This document shows, one piece after another, positions 11,642 to 21,646 of a DNA stretch of 64,000 bases. Each line of letters opens with the position of its first letter. The stretch's first letter is position 1. A program made the position numbers and the translations under genes. The notes under the pieces are model-generated. The model did not search any database. It had not been told where the DNA came from and saw only the letters and a program-made list of their open reading frames with translations. The stretch lies in NCBI GenBank assembly GCA_963735595.1, contig CAVTLK010000005.1, forward strand, positions 832,001 through 896,000. The letters run 5' to 3'. The stretch comes from an uncultured delta proteobacterium (lineage in GTDB: Bacteria; Desulfobacterota; Zymogenia; Zymogenales; Zymogenaceae).

Positions 11642-12697
11642 TTACCCCCAGCGCTCGATTGCCTCCAGAGCGAGATCGGACGATAGGGCGATCATGTCCC
11701 GGCACGCGCCGGACCCCGCGAGGTGAGCCGAAAAATCGGAGAGGCCCGTAAAATCACGGCCCACGATGACGCGGCACGTGTTTGTGCCGGCGCGTTCATG
11801 AAACCGACGAACGATCTCTCTTCCGACCCCGAAGGGCTCGGGCATCCACCGGGGCCGCGCGATGAGGAGATTGATATGCCCGACCGCGAAATCCCTCATG
11901 ATCTTAACCCGGTTGCACCGTCTTACGTCCATACCGACAAGGAAGTTGATCCCCATGATCGCGCCGGTGAGCGCTCCACAAATCCCGCCGGAAAGCCCCA
12001 CCCCACCGGACAGGCCCGCGGCGACCTGCTCGATACGCCGGTCGCCCAGCCCCGCTTTTTCACGTATGTCTTTGAGCACCGCCGAGGCGCAGTGATGATG
12101 CCCGGCGCACCCATCCTCCTGCCCGGCGTCCGGCCGGGCGGTCATTGCGGCGCCCTCCCGTTCGAGGTAGGCCATGGCAGTACCGATATGGGAGATGCAA
12201 CGAAGCACGCGGTCGCCCGGCAGGAAGTAACGGGAAAGGCCGCCGGCGGTATGGAAATCTACCCCGGTGCGCTCGCGGCAGAGCGTCGTGCCGACCGTAC
12301 GGTCAAACCACGCGACGTAGTCGGCAATCCGGCCCATGAGGGCTGGCGAGCGTGTGGGGTCCTGATCCGTCGCCTCGCGCCAGAGCTGGGCAAGTCCGAT
12401 CGCCCCGGCGGTGATAACGCCGCACGTGGACCCCCCGGCAACGACGCCGCCCTCGAGGCCCGTCACCGCCTTCAGCAGCAGGTCGTCGCGCAGTCCGAAC
12501 AGGTCCTGGAACGCCTCGAGGGTCGCCAGGGCGCAGTTCATATCCTTGACGAGGCAGTAGCGGCCGGTCATTGCCGGAGATAGACGCCCGTGGCGTGACG
12601 GTTCGAGATTTGTACCGTCCCCGGCGGTCCCATCCGGTCTTATCTGCTTAATCATATGCCGTGAGTACCCGTAGGCGGCCGATATCATATCGGGCAT
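11642..12697 (-). CDS. Two-domain C-GCAxxG-C-C family putative redox protein (start uncertain)
   Basis: Repeated pattern NCA...GG...TCGVITAG...CR and HCA...GG...ICGALTG...CR. Confidence 0.75.
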   Translation of the reverse strand: MPDMISAAYGYSRHMIKQIRPDGTAGDGTNLEPSRHGRLSPAMTGRYCLVKDMNCALATLEAFQDLFGLRDDLLLKAVTGLEGGVVAGGSTCGVITAGAIGLAQLWREATDQDPTRSPALMGRIADYVAWFDRTVGTTLCRERTGVDFHTAGGLSRYFLPGDRVLRCISHIGTAMAYLEREGAAMTARPDAGQEDGCAGHHHCASAVLKDIREKAGLGDRRIEQVAAGLSGGVGLSGGICGALTGAIMGINFLVGMDVRRCNRVKIMRDFAVGHINLLIARPRWMPEPFGVGREIVRRFHERAGTNTCRVIVGRDFTGLSDFSAHLAGSGACRDMIALSSDLALEAIERWG

Positions 12698-12704
12698 ATC
12701 GGGA

Positions 12705-13271
12705 TCAACCGACCCGCATGACCTCGATCTCTATGTCATTGACTTCGTCCGATGCCCCGTTTTTCAGCCTTCTCAGGCTCGCCTCGATGAAGGCCGGAAG
12801 GTCGCCCGGATTGCGGCTGGATATGAGGTTTGCGTCCTCCACAACCGGGGCGTCCACGAACTGTGCGCCGGCGTTCTTGATATCCTGGATGATGGATTTG
12901 TAGCCGGTCAGTCTGCGGCCCATCAGCATACGAGCGGTGATGAGTAACTGGGGCGCGTGGCATATGGAAAGGACGATCCGGTTCTTTTCCATGAACTCAC
13001 GCGCAAACCGGACGGCCTCGTCGTCGACGCGGAGCCTGTCGGGCGAATACCCGCCCGGGATGAACAGGGCGTCATACTCATCGGCAGTGGCGTCTCTTAC
13101 GGCTCGGTCGATCGTGACCTTCGTATGCTCGGTCTTGCCGGCGACCACGGAGCCCTCGGTGAGCCCCACGTTGACAACCGTATGGCCGGCCTCCTGGAAT
13201 GCCCTCACGGGTTTCCAGTATTCAGAGTCCTCGAACATGTCGGTGATTAGTACCGCTATTTTCGCCATCAT
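12705..13271 (-). CDS. PfpI/DJ-1 family (type 1 glutamine amidotransferase-like) protein
   Basis: FEDSE, IPGGYSPDRLR, ICHAPQLL, SSRNPGDLPAF. Confidence 0.92.
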   Translation of the reverse strand: MMAKIAVLITDMFEDSEYWKPVRAFQEAGHTVVNVGLTEGSVVAGKTEHTKVTIDRAVRDATADEYDALFIPGGYSPDRLRVDDEAVRFAREFMEKNRIVLSICHAPQLLITARMLMGRRLTGYKSIIQDIKNAGAQFVDAPVVEDANLISSRNPGDLPAFIEASLRRLKNGASDEVNDIEIEVMRVG

Positions 13272-13330
13272 AATCACCCCCTTTCTCTATCTGTTTAGAT
13301 AGCGCCGGGACCCGAAGGGTTCAGGGGGTA

Positions 13331-13834
13331 TCAGCGTCCGGGCAGGCCGCGCCACCGCGCATCTGCCAGCACCACCGAAGTCTCTACCTGGCGGGCGGGG
13401 ATATCCCAGTATTTCGCGAGCAGCCGGTCCTTTTCTTCCGGGGTCACCAGTACGAAGCCGTGCCTCTCGTAGAACCGCACCGCCCAGCCGGCGGCGGCCC
13501 ACGTACCGATCAGCGTCGGGCGGGAGGTCAGCTCCATGAGGTGTGCAAGGAGGGCCGAGCCGATGCCCGCGCCCTGGCGGGCCGTCCTGACGTAGGCGTG
13601 GCGGATGAGCGTCACGTCCTGCACGTCCTGGATTCCCATGACGCCGACCAATTCGCCCCCTTCCCGATAGCCCCAGAAGACGACGCCGGACTCGATCTCG
13701 TGCCGTAACTCCTCCTGCGGCATGTAGGGCTCGTGGTACCGGTCGGCGGGGATGTGCCCCTCGTAGGCGCGGGCGGCGTCGTTGACGATCGCGTAGATCG
13801 CCGCAAAGTCGGCGGGGGTGGTGGGGGCAATCAT
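13331..13834 (-). CDS. GNAT N-acetyltransferase
   Basis: QGAGIGSALL, AVRFYERHGF. Confidence 0.88.
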   Translation of the reverse strand: MIAPTTPADFAAIYAIVNDAARAYEGHIPADRYHEPYMPQEELRHEIESGVVFWGYREGGELVGVMGIQDVQDVTLIRHAYVRTARQGAGIGSALLAHLMELTSRPTLIGTWAAAGWAVRFYERHGFVLVTPEEKDRLLAKYWDIPARQVETSVVLADARWRGLPGR

Positions 13835-13928
13835 AGCGTATCGGTAAAATCGGGATACAAAACCGGGGACATGGACCAGGGTAAGCGCTCTCATGGTCCC
13901 GTCCCCGGAAATCGGCGGCCGTTTCCTA

Positions 13929-14669
13929 TCAGCCCGCCCGTTTCGCCTTCAAATCTTCCAGCACCTTGGTGAAGTACTTATTGGCCTGGCTCATAAACGT
14001 CTCGATATCCATGATGTCCCGGCTGACGACGGAAAGGGTCGCGTCGTTCATCTTCCCGTCCCGGGCAAGCTCGACGCCGGCGGTTTTTGCCGCCTCGAAG
14101 ACGTCCGCAAACTGGTCGCCCATGCCCATCATCATCATCGGCTGGAGCGACTGCGCGTTGGGGCGTAGCAGCGCGCCGGCGAACTCCCGCTCGAGGTTTA
14201 TCGTGGCCGCCTTGTAGTGATGGATCATGGAGTCGAAGTTTTCAACCCCGAAGTAGCCGCAGGTCGATATCACGACGACTTTGCCGTGGCCATACCCCTC
14301 GCGGACGGGGTGGCGGTCCCGGCCGTCCCGGATGTCGATAAACGGCTGGCCCATCGGGGTCATCCGGTCCATGAACATCTTCATCGGGCCGGATACGCCG
14401 TCCCAATAGAGCGGCGTGGCAAACACCAGGATATCGGCCGCCTTGATCTTAGGGAGCACGGGCTCCATGTCGTCTTTCAGGACGCACACGCCGGGGGTCT
14501 TCGTCCAGCACTTGAGGCAGCCGAGGCACGGCTTGATATCCATCGTCTTGGTGTAGAGGACGTCGACCTCGGCGCCGTGCTCTTTCATACCGTCGAGAAA
14601 AGGATTGAGGATGAGTCCGGTATTGCCCTTATCGCGGTGGGGGCTCGCATTGATCGCCAGAACCTTCAT
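13929..14669 (-). CDS. Flavodoxin-like (iron-sulfur flavoprotein / NADPH-dependent FMN reductase family) protein
   Basis: INASP...GNT, CLGCLKCW...C, ATPLYWD, KMFMDR. Confidence 0.88.
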   Translation of the reverse strand: MKVLAINASPHRDKGNTGLILNPFLDGMKEHGAEVDVLYTKTMDIKPCLGCLKCWTKTPGVCVLKDDMEPVLPKIKAADILVFATPLYWDGVSGPMKMFMDRMTPMGQPFIDIRDGRDRHPVREGYGHGKVVVISTCGYFGVENFDSMIHHYKAATINLEREFAGALLRPNAQSLQPMMMMGMGDQFADVFEAAKTAGVELARDGKMNDATLSVVSRDIMDIETFMSQANKYFTKVLEDLKAKRAG

Positions 14670-14820
14670 GGATCGTCTCCTGTAATGAGAGAGAGGCAGC
14701 GGGAGATTGATATCAACGGAGTATACTCAATACTCGGATTCGCGGTACATTATACCCACCGGAAATTCGTTTTACAACGCGAAAATAACGGCGGGAAGGT
14801 GCGGACGGCGTTGCGACCGT

Positions 14821-15597
14821 CTATTCCATACCCGCCGCCGGTTTCCCCCCGCCCCCCCCGATGGCCGGGGAAGCGGCCGCGGGAAGGATCATGAAGAACT
14901 GATCCGTCTCGTCGAGAGATACCGTCATATCGCGGGACGTGAAACCCAACAGGTGGCCGCCGGCCGTTTTATCGTCCGAGATGAAGTGGAGGTGCCAGCC
15001 GGGGACATTGACCCCGCCGACGTAGGAGGGACACACGAAGCCCACTAGCGTCCCGGAGACGTTGTTCAGGGTAAAGACTACCTGGTTCTTGAGCGCCTCG
15101 GCCAGGGTTGGGTAAGGCTTTTCCTGTTTCGGGACGCTGCGGAAGGTGATTGTGTCAAACGTCCCGTGGACCCTGACGGCGGTGAACATGCGGGTGCCCC
15201 CCAGCCGCCCGTTGGTCTTCTCCTGCAGGCCGGGATAGGTTATCTCCCCGGTCACGGGCGCGGTCAGGTCGTCATCGAAAAAGGTGACAACGGCAAAGGG
15301 GGTCAGCGTTCCCGGAGGCACGGCGCCGGGGACGCCGTCGGTCGATACCCGATAGGCGGTCCCATCGATCACGAGCATCTCGCCGTCCAGCCCCACGAAG
15401 GTGCCGATGCCCAGGTCGCCGTGACGCAGCAGTTCTTCGACGGTAGTCTCGCCGTCGTAGCCACCCGCCGAAAGGGCGTCGATCGTCGATACCTGGAAGA
15501 TGGTATCGCGGGGACGGTCAAACCCGGCGCAGCCGGAGAGCACGAGAATGAAACCGATTATTGCGATAGACGCGCGAAGGAAACGGGTGGTATTCAT
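14821..15597 (-). CDS. budA: Alpha-acetolactate decarboxylase with lipoprotein signal
   Basis: FQVST, HGDLGIGTF..LDGEM, RSVPKQ, GWHLHFISDD...GGH; N-terminal LSGC lipobox. Confidence 0.92.
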   Translation of the reverse strand: MNTTRFLRASIAIIGFILVLSGCAGFDRPRDTIFQVSTIDALSAGGYDGETTVEELLRHGDLGIGTFVGLDGEMLVIDGTAYRVSTDGVPGAVPPGTLTPFAVVTFFDDDLTAPVTGEITYPGLQEKTNGRLGGTRMFTAVRVHGTFDTITFRSVPKQEKPYPTLAEALKNQVVFTLNNVSGTLVGFVCPSYVGGVNVPGWHLHFISDDKTAGGHLLGFTSRDMTVSLDETDQFFMILPAAASPAIGGGGGKPAAGME

Positions 15598-15888
15598 GGT
15601 TTTTCTCCTAACAATCGTCCGGCCGGTTGCCGTGTTTCAATTTTATACGGCGACAGTGTAGCAGGAAGGCGGCGGCCTGTCGATAGATTTCAGCACGGCG
15701 GCGGCCCGCCGAATAGAAACGGGAGAAATTTCGGTGGCGCGATTTGGCCCACCGGATTATAATGGTGCCGGTTATAGCGGCCACGGGGCGTTCGTTCTCG
15801 TCTGGAGGGGGCGGCCCGGGGCTTGGAGACTGAGAGGATAGTCGAGGCCAACAAAGGCCACTAAAGGCAATCGAGGTTACGGGGGGGA

Positions 15889-17040
15889 ATGATGGAATCG
15901 ATATGGACACGGCTGAAAGCGGCTTCCGGCACGAGGCGGGAGTTCCTTCGCGGGCTGGGCGGTGCGTCGTCACTGGCAATGGTCATTCCGTTCCTGCCCT
16001 CGATACGGCCGCCGGCCGCCATGCCGAAAGGGGGCGTCAAGACCGGCGTCAGCTATTTTGGCGCCCGGGACGTCCGTCACGTAACGCCGGACATGGACGA
16101 CATCGCCGCCCACCACTGCTCGTTTGTCGTCCATACGTTCTCGGAGGCGGACTACTATTTTTACTCGAAGGCGATGAAAGAGGCGGTCGCCGTTTCCCAC
16201 GACGCGGGCCTTGACGTCTATCTGGACCCCTGGGGGGTGGGGGGCGTCTTCGGCGGTGAGGCGTTTTCCCGGTTCGTGATGGAAAACCCGGATCAGTGCC
16301 AGCGGCAGGCCGACGGTACGGCGCTTCCCTCAGCCTGCCTCAACCGGGAGGCGTTCAGGTCCTTCATGAAAAAGTGGATCGACGCCGCCGCGGCCACCGG
16401 GACGGACTACCTCTTCTGGGACGAGCCCCACTTTTACATCCCGCGGGCGGTCTGGCGGGGCGCCCAGCGGCCGGACGAGTGGGCCTGCACCTGCACGGCA
16501 TGCCGCGGTCTCTTTTCGGCGCGCTTCGGACACGCGATGCCCCCGGTCATGGACGAGGAAGTCATCCTCTTTCGGGACGAATCGATCGTCTCGTTCTTCA
16601 CCGAGATGGCCGGCTACGCGAAGGGCGCGGGAATGAAGAACGCCCTCTGTGTCCTGCCGGAAGAAAACCCGCTCATCGGCATCTCCTCGTGGGAAAAACT
16701 CGCCTCGATACCGGCGCTGGACATCATCGGCACCGATCCCTACTGGATCGTCTTCAACAGGCCGCTGGAGCAATACGTGGGGGAGACGTGCGCGAAGATC
16801 CGCGACCTTGCCGCCCGTTACGGCAAGGAGCCGCAGATGTGGGTGCAGGCATACGGGGTACCGGCCGGGAGAGAAGGGGAAGTGGGCAGGGCGGTGGAGG
16901 TCATTGCGGGAGCGGGGATCGCCAACATCGCCGCGTGGAGCTACCGGGGCGGCGCGCCGATGAACCTTGCCAGCGACGATCCCGCGCGGGTCTGGAAGGT
17001 GCTGGGGGAGGCGTACCGGAAGGTGCGGTCAACAGTTTAA
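15889..17040 (+). CDS. Tat-exported putative glycoside-hydrolase-like TIM-barrel protein
   Basis: TRREFL twin-arginine signal; DPWGVGGVFGGE, FWDEPH, GTDPYW; family assignment is inference. Confidence 0.6.
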   Translation: MMESIWTRLKAASGTRREFLRGLGGASSLAMVIPFLPSIRPPAAMPKGGVKTGVSYFGARDVRHVTPDMDDIAAHHCSFVVHTFSEADYYFYSKAMKEAVAVSHDAGLDVYLDPWGVGGVFGGEAFSRFVMENPDQCQRQADGTALPSACLNREAFRSFMKKWIDAAAATGTDYLFWDEPHFYIPRAVWRGAQRPDEWACTCTACRGLFSARFGHAMPPVMDEEVILFRDESIVSFFTEMAGYAKGAGMKNALCVLPEENPLIGISSWEKLASIPALDIIGTDPYWIVFNRPLEQYVGETCAKIRDLAARYGKEPQMWVQAYGVPAGREGEVGRAVEVIAGAGIANIAAWSYRGGAPMNLASDDPARVWKVLGEAYRKVRSTV

Positions 17041-17065
17041 AGGGGCCGATACGTGACGGCCGTCG

Positions 17066-17434
17066 TCAGGACAGCAAGAGCAGGACCATCGCCACTGCGC
17101 CGGGGAGCGCCTGGACTAAGATGATCTTCCGGTTGACCGTGACACCGCCGAAGATCCCGGCGACGATCACGCAGCCGAGGAAGAAGAAGATGATCGGGTG
17201 TCCGGAGACGCCGAGAGTAAGTCCCCAGATGAGCCCGGCGGCGAGGAAGCCGTTGTAAAGGCCCTGGTTTGCGGCCAGGGTTTTCGAGGCCCTGGCGAAG
17301 TCGGCTTTCAAGCCGAAGACCCGGCGACCGAAAGGTTTATCCCAGAAGAACATCTCCATAGCGAGGAAGTACAGGTGCAGCGCGGCGACTATGCCCACGC
17401 CGATATATGCGGCTATTGCCATCTCTGCCCCCAT
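17066..17434 (-). CDS. DUF1304 family membrane protein
   Basis: LHLYFLAMEMFFW, ANQGLYNGFLAAG. Confidence 0.88.
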   Translation of the reverse strand: MGAEMAIAAYIGVGIVAALHLYFLAMEMFFWDKPFGRRVFGLKADFARASKTLAANQGLYNGFLAAGLIWGLTLGVSGHPIIFFFLGCVIVAGIFGGVTVNRKIILVQALPGAVAMVLLLLS

Positions 17435-18014
17435 CAATTGGTTTGGTGTCTATCTGCCGCGCCGTGCGGCGTTTCATCCTTCAAGGTATCGAGGTCGGAT
17501 ATATTATACCTGTAGAACCGGCTGTCCACCGCCATTACCGGAAAGGAGGGTGGCAGCGATTCTTTCGGCACCTCGACGAACCCGTTTTTTTCGTAAAACC
17601 GGTGCGCAGCCGTGAACTGCGCGGTCGTGCCGAGGTAGATGGTCGAGACGCCCTTTGACCGCGCCCAGGAGAGGGCCGCGGCCAGCAGGGCGCGAGCCAC
17701 GCCTTTCTCACCGCCGCGCCAGTCGGGGGCGACGAACATCTTCCTGAGGGCGGCCATCCCGCACCCGATATCCTTGAGCGCGACCGTCCCGACGACTACG
17801 CTATTGCGTTATCGGCGTTATCGGCGTATCGGCGCGTCGGCCAGGGCGACCCAGAAGTTTCCGGCGCCCTCTGATAGAACGATGGGATCGATTGCAGGTC
17901 GGGCTGCTGTTCGGGCGTGATGTCGATCCCGTATTCGTTTCGCTGGATAGAGGAGATAAGCCCGATGATCCGCGATTCGTAACCGGGACTATACTCGATA
18001 ATCCGAAAATCCAT
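17434..18014 (-). CDS. GNAT N-acetyltransferase (frameshifted, internal 9-nt tandem repeat)
   Basis: IQRNEYGI..QQPDL in ORF 17796-18014; LRKMFV..WRG, AAHRFYEKNGF in ORF 17434-17757. Confidence 0.82.
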
Positions 18015-18118
18015 ACCTGCCCATACTGTGTTAATGAATCGGGTTCACGCGCGAAAAAAAGGCCGCCGGTTATGCTACGGGGAAACCGATATCCCCCAAA
18101 TCGTCCCGGCTATCTAAT

Positions 18119-19162
18119 TCATCCGCGTTTTTCAATCCGTTTTTCGATCTCCCGCCATACCCCGGTCTCATCCATCGGCGTAAACGGCCTCTCGGTAAAC
18201 TTCTTCCTGCAGAGATCGTAAATAGTCCGGTTGTAGGGGGCGGCGATCCCCACTGTATCTGCAAGCCCGACGAAATACCCGGTGAGGCTTCCAAGCTCCG
18301 ATACGTCCCGCCCGTGCTGAAGGATATCCTGGCCCATGCTGTTGAGGTCGACCGAATCGATGTTTCCCTTGAAGATGAGGTCGGAGAGAAACTCGGGCAG
18401 CACCGTGGAAATGCGTACCATCGCCGGGCTTGGAGCCCCCGGGATAGAGGCCGGGGAAAAACCGGCCCGCCGGGCGATATCAAATCCCTCCAGCATCGCG
18501 CCGATCATGATGTGCTTGAGCGTGCGTATCGAACGTATCTCCCGGTACCCGTGGCCGACGAGCGTCAGGACCGCGTTGGAGAGGTTGACGACCATCTTGG
18601 TCATTGCCGCGTTGCGCAGATCGGGGGTAATCCGGGCGTCAAGACCGAGCGAGAATATCCTGTGGACTTCACCGAGGTCCCCGGCCAGCGACGGGTCGTT
18701 ATCCGGGACGCCCAGGAGTATCGGCCCCTTATGGTTTGCCCCGACGACCCCCGGGGCCTCCCGCCACGAGTTGTAGCAGACCACACCGTAGATAATCCGT
18801 TTGAAATATCTCGGGAGGATCTCCCGATTTTCGAGGCCGTTCTGCAGCGCGACGATCAGCGGGTCACCTCCCAGCTTTGCCGCGATGTCGCGCCCCGCGT
18901 CGGCCAGGCTGTAGTTCTTCACCGCGATAACGATGATATCGGTCTTCGGCCGTTCGGAAAGATCGGCGATTACCGGCACCGGCACGGGGGCGGGGCGTTT
19001 CTTATCCTTTTTTAGAAAGACGGTGAGTCCCCTTTGGCTCATCGCCGCGGCATGCTCACCGCGCGAAAGCAGGGATAGATTCGGGCAGTGGGGCGCGAGC
19101 CACCCGCCGACCGACGAGCCGATTGAACCGGCCCCATAGATGACGATGTCGTGCTCTGTCAT
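18119..19162 (-). CDS. Ketopantoate reductase family protein (PanE/ApbA-like)
   Basis: GAGSIG Rossmann motif, AVKNY, LQNGL, KMVVN, SMGQDI. Confidence 0.82.
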   Translation of the reverse strand: MTEHDIVIYGAGSIGSSVGGWLAPHCPNLSLLSRGEHAAAMSQRGLTVFLKKDKKRPAPVPVPVIADLSERPKTDIIVIAVKNYSLADAGRDIAAKLGGDPLIVALQNGLENREILPRYFKRIIYGVVCYNSWREAPGVVGANHKGPILLGVPDNDPSLAGDLGEVHRIFSLGLDARITPDLRNAAMTKMVVNLSNAVLTLVGHGYREIRSIRTLKHIMIGAMLEGFDIARRAGFSPASIPGAPSPAMVRISTVLPEFLSDLIFKGNIDSVDLNSMGQDILQHGRDVSELGSLTGYFVGLADTVGIAAPYNRTIYDLCRKKFTERPFTPMDETGVWREIEKRIEKRG

Positions 19163-19242
19163 TTCGTGACGATTCCCCGTGTCTATGACCGTGGCAGGTT
19201 TGCGGGCGGCGCTACCGGAACGCACGGGCTGCCGCCGGCGGC

Positions 19243-19611
19243 CTACGCCTTTTTCTTCTTTTCCTTTTTTACCTTGGGCGGCAGCGACCGCGCGAATTCA
19301 TAGGCCTTGTCGACCCACCTCATAAATTCCCTCCGGTCGGAGGTGAACGGCTCCGGCACCGCCACGTACTCCTTCATGGGCCGGCCTTCCATCGGCTCGA
19401 AGGCGACGATTTCATCGGAGACGTTTTTTATCTCGTCGCGGTCGGCCGCCGAGAGCCGCAGGATAATCACGTCCTGCCAGGCGCCGGCAAACATGTTGTC
19501 GTTCACGAAATAGGCGGGCGTGCCGAACATCGGCCGCTTCTGGCAGGCGTACCCCTTCAGCGCGTCTTCCAGTATATCGCACATTTCGGGCGATACCTTC
19601 TTCCACTTCAT
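19243..19611 (-). CDS. TfoX/Sxy N-terminal domain family protein
   Basis: RPMFGTPAYFVNDNMFAG, PMKEYVAVP. Confidence 0.82.
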   Translation of the reverse strand: MKWKKVSPEMCDILEDALKGYACQKRPMFGTPAYFVNDNMFAGAWQDVIILRLSAADRDEIKNVSDEIVAFEPMEGRPMKEYVAVPEPFTSDRREFMRWVDKAYEFARSLPPKVKKEKKKKA

Positions 19612-19650
19612 ACTGTTATCCTCCCTGCGTGATAGACGTGAAGCAGACAG

Positions 19651-20856
19651 CTACGGCCTTTTCATGCCGAACAGGAACCGGAGCGCGCCGATCCTCCGGA
19701 CGATCCCTTCGTAGAGCGCTATGATCACCGCGAATGATACGACGACCAGCGCCAGGTACTTTACCGGCACCGACGCCGCCCAGCCGACAAGGAAGAACGC
19801 GACAATCACGATGACCGTCTGGTGGAGAATGTAAAACGGGAGAACGGCTTCGTTCGCGCGGACGAGCGCCCGGTTCGTTGAGGAACAATACCTCCTCCCG
19901 AAACCCATGATCGCCGATAGCCAGAACCAGGAGTTGAGGGTGCGCAGCGCCGCCTCGATGGGAAGCGTCGCCGCTCGCGGCAGGCCGTTGAGGATACCGG
20001 TTTCGATGAGGACGAGGCCGAGTGCGGACGCTGCAATCCCCATGATCAGCCAGGTTACGCGGCGGTACTCGAATAGTTGTCCGAACCGATCGTCCGATCC
20101 AACAATAAACCCGATTATAAAGAAGACGATATAGGTCAGGGGGCTCCAGCCCCCGAAGTCCCGGACGCCGAGCGAGCCCGGAAATGCGTTGACGAAAAGC
20201 TCCATCAGAAGCAGCGGCAGGGTGATAATGAGAAACCCCCACGGCCGTACGCACAGGGATGCGAGCTTCGAAATGAGGTCCTTTGTATTTCCGTGTTCCG
20301 CCGCGCGGAACAACGGCAGCGTCAGGAGCGAGAAGACAAACAGCATCTCGAGATACCAGAGGTGAAGCCCCATCCAGGCGAAGTTGCCGCCGAAGCCGTA
20401 CATGCCGTCGAAGTAACGGGGCAGAAATAAGAGAATGCTCCCCTCGAACCGGCCGTGGCTGACCCGCTCGACGTAGACCTGCGGCAGGGCGAGGAAGAAT
20501 ATCCCGAAGACCAGAGGGACGACCAGCCTGAAGAACCGCTCTTTGACGAACGCCGGGTTCGTCCGGTGTTTCAGGGCGAAGAAAACGCCGATGCCCGAGA
20601 GGATGAAAAAGAGCGGCATGATCCACTGGGCGGTGAAGGTAATGAAGATGGTCATCCCGTGGCTCAGCGTGAGGTTCTTGACGTGCCAGTCGTCATAGTC
20701 AAAGAACCTCGCGCAGTGGAACAGAAAGATCATCCCCATCGCGAGGACCCGGAGCCAGTCCACGTCATAGCGCCGTTCGGACGTCTTCCGGCCGGTAGGG
20801 GGCGGCGCGGCCGTTGTTTCAGGCGTAACTCTATTTGGCGTGTCGTTTGTTCCCAT
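19651..20856 (-). CDS. Acyltransferase family 3 membrane protein (OpgC/MdoC-like)
   Basis: RRYDVDWLR, MPLFFILSG, RLVVP, HLWYL, PFYILHQ. Confidence 0.88.
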   Translation of the reverse strand: MGTNDTPNRVTPETTAAPPPTGRKTSERRYDVDWLRVLAMGMIFLFHCARFFDYDDWHVKNLTLSHGMTIFITFTAQWIMPLFFILSGIGVFFALKHRTNPAFVKERFFRLVVPLVFGIFFLALPQVYVERVSHGRFEGSILLFLPRYFDGMYGFGGNFAWMGLHLWYLEMLFVFSLLTLPLFRAAEHGNTKDLISKLASLCVRPWGFLIITLPLLLMELFVNAFPGSLGVRDFGGWSPLTYIVFFIIGFIVGSDDRFGQLFEYRRVTWLIMGIAASALGLVLIETGILNGLPRAATLPIEAALRTLNSWFWLSAIMGFGRRYCSSTNRALVRANEAVLPFYILHQTVIVIVAFFLVGWAASVPVKYLALVVVSFAVIIALYEGIVRRIGALRFLFGMKRP

Positions 20857-21031
20857 GAGGACCACTCAATCGTATACTATCGGTATCACGATACCAGCAG
20901 GGCAGCACGGAGACAAGTAAAAAAGGAGTGATGATAGGCAGTTCTCATCCCGACCGGCGGAGAAGGGACGTCTTCATGGCCGCAGCCTAAGCGGCGTATA
21001 TGGATACGGGAAATGGCGCCCGGAACGGCCC

Positions 21032-21622
21032 TTATCCCCTGACGCGGTATCTCATGATCGGGCGCGTCGGCGACCGGCGGGCGACCTCGATGAACCCCGC
21101 CGACTCAAACAGCGAGACGGTGCCGACGTAGAGGTCCGCGGCGGAGAAACGTTTGACGGCCGTGTCTCTCGGGTATCCCTCGACGACGGCTGCCCCGTTT
21201 TGGACGGCGTACTGTATGGCGGCCGAAAGCAGCGCCCTCATCACGCCGCGTCCCCGGGCGAGCCGGCCGACAGCGAAGCAGGCCACCGACCAGGCCGGCT
21301 CGTCGTCGATCGGTCCGATGACGGGCGAGCGGCAAATCCGCGGGAAGTCCTCCCGCGGGGCAACCGAGCACCACCCGACGGGGACGACCCCGTCGTAGGC
21401 GATGATCCCGGGGACGACGCCGGAGCGGACGATCTCCTGCATGGCGCGCCGGTTGGCCTCGCCCCTGTTCTGCATGAATCGGGCGTGCGTCTGCCGCCAC
21501 CACATGCACCAGCACTCGTCACAGGTACGGTCTTCGCGGAAGAGCGCCTCTAAATCCCCCCACCGCTCGGGGGTCAGGGGCGCGAAGCGAGGATTGACAA
21601 GGGGCCCGGGACGCGCCTTCAT
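21032..21622 (-). CDS. GNAT N-acetyltransferase
   Basis: CWCMWWR, VGWCSVAPR, RGRGVMRALL, VEGYP. Confidence 0.88.
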   Translation of the reverse strand: MKARPGPLVNPRFAPLTPERWGDLEALFREDRTCDECWCMWWRQTHARFMQNRGEANRRAMQEIVRSGVVPGIIAYDGVVPVGWCSVAPREDFPRICRSPVIGPIDDEPAWSVACFAVGRLARGRGVMRALLSAAIQYAVQNGAAVVEGYPRDTAVKRFSAADLYVGTVSLFESAGFIEVARRSPTRPIMRYRVRG

Positions 21623-21646
21623 GTTGCACTTCCTTGGCTCATAACT

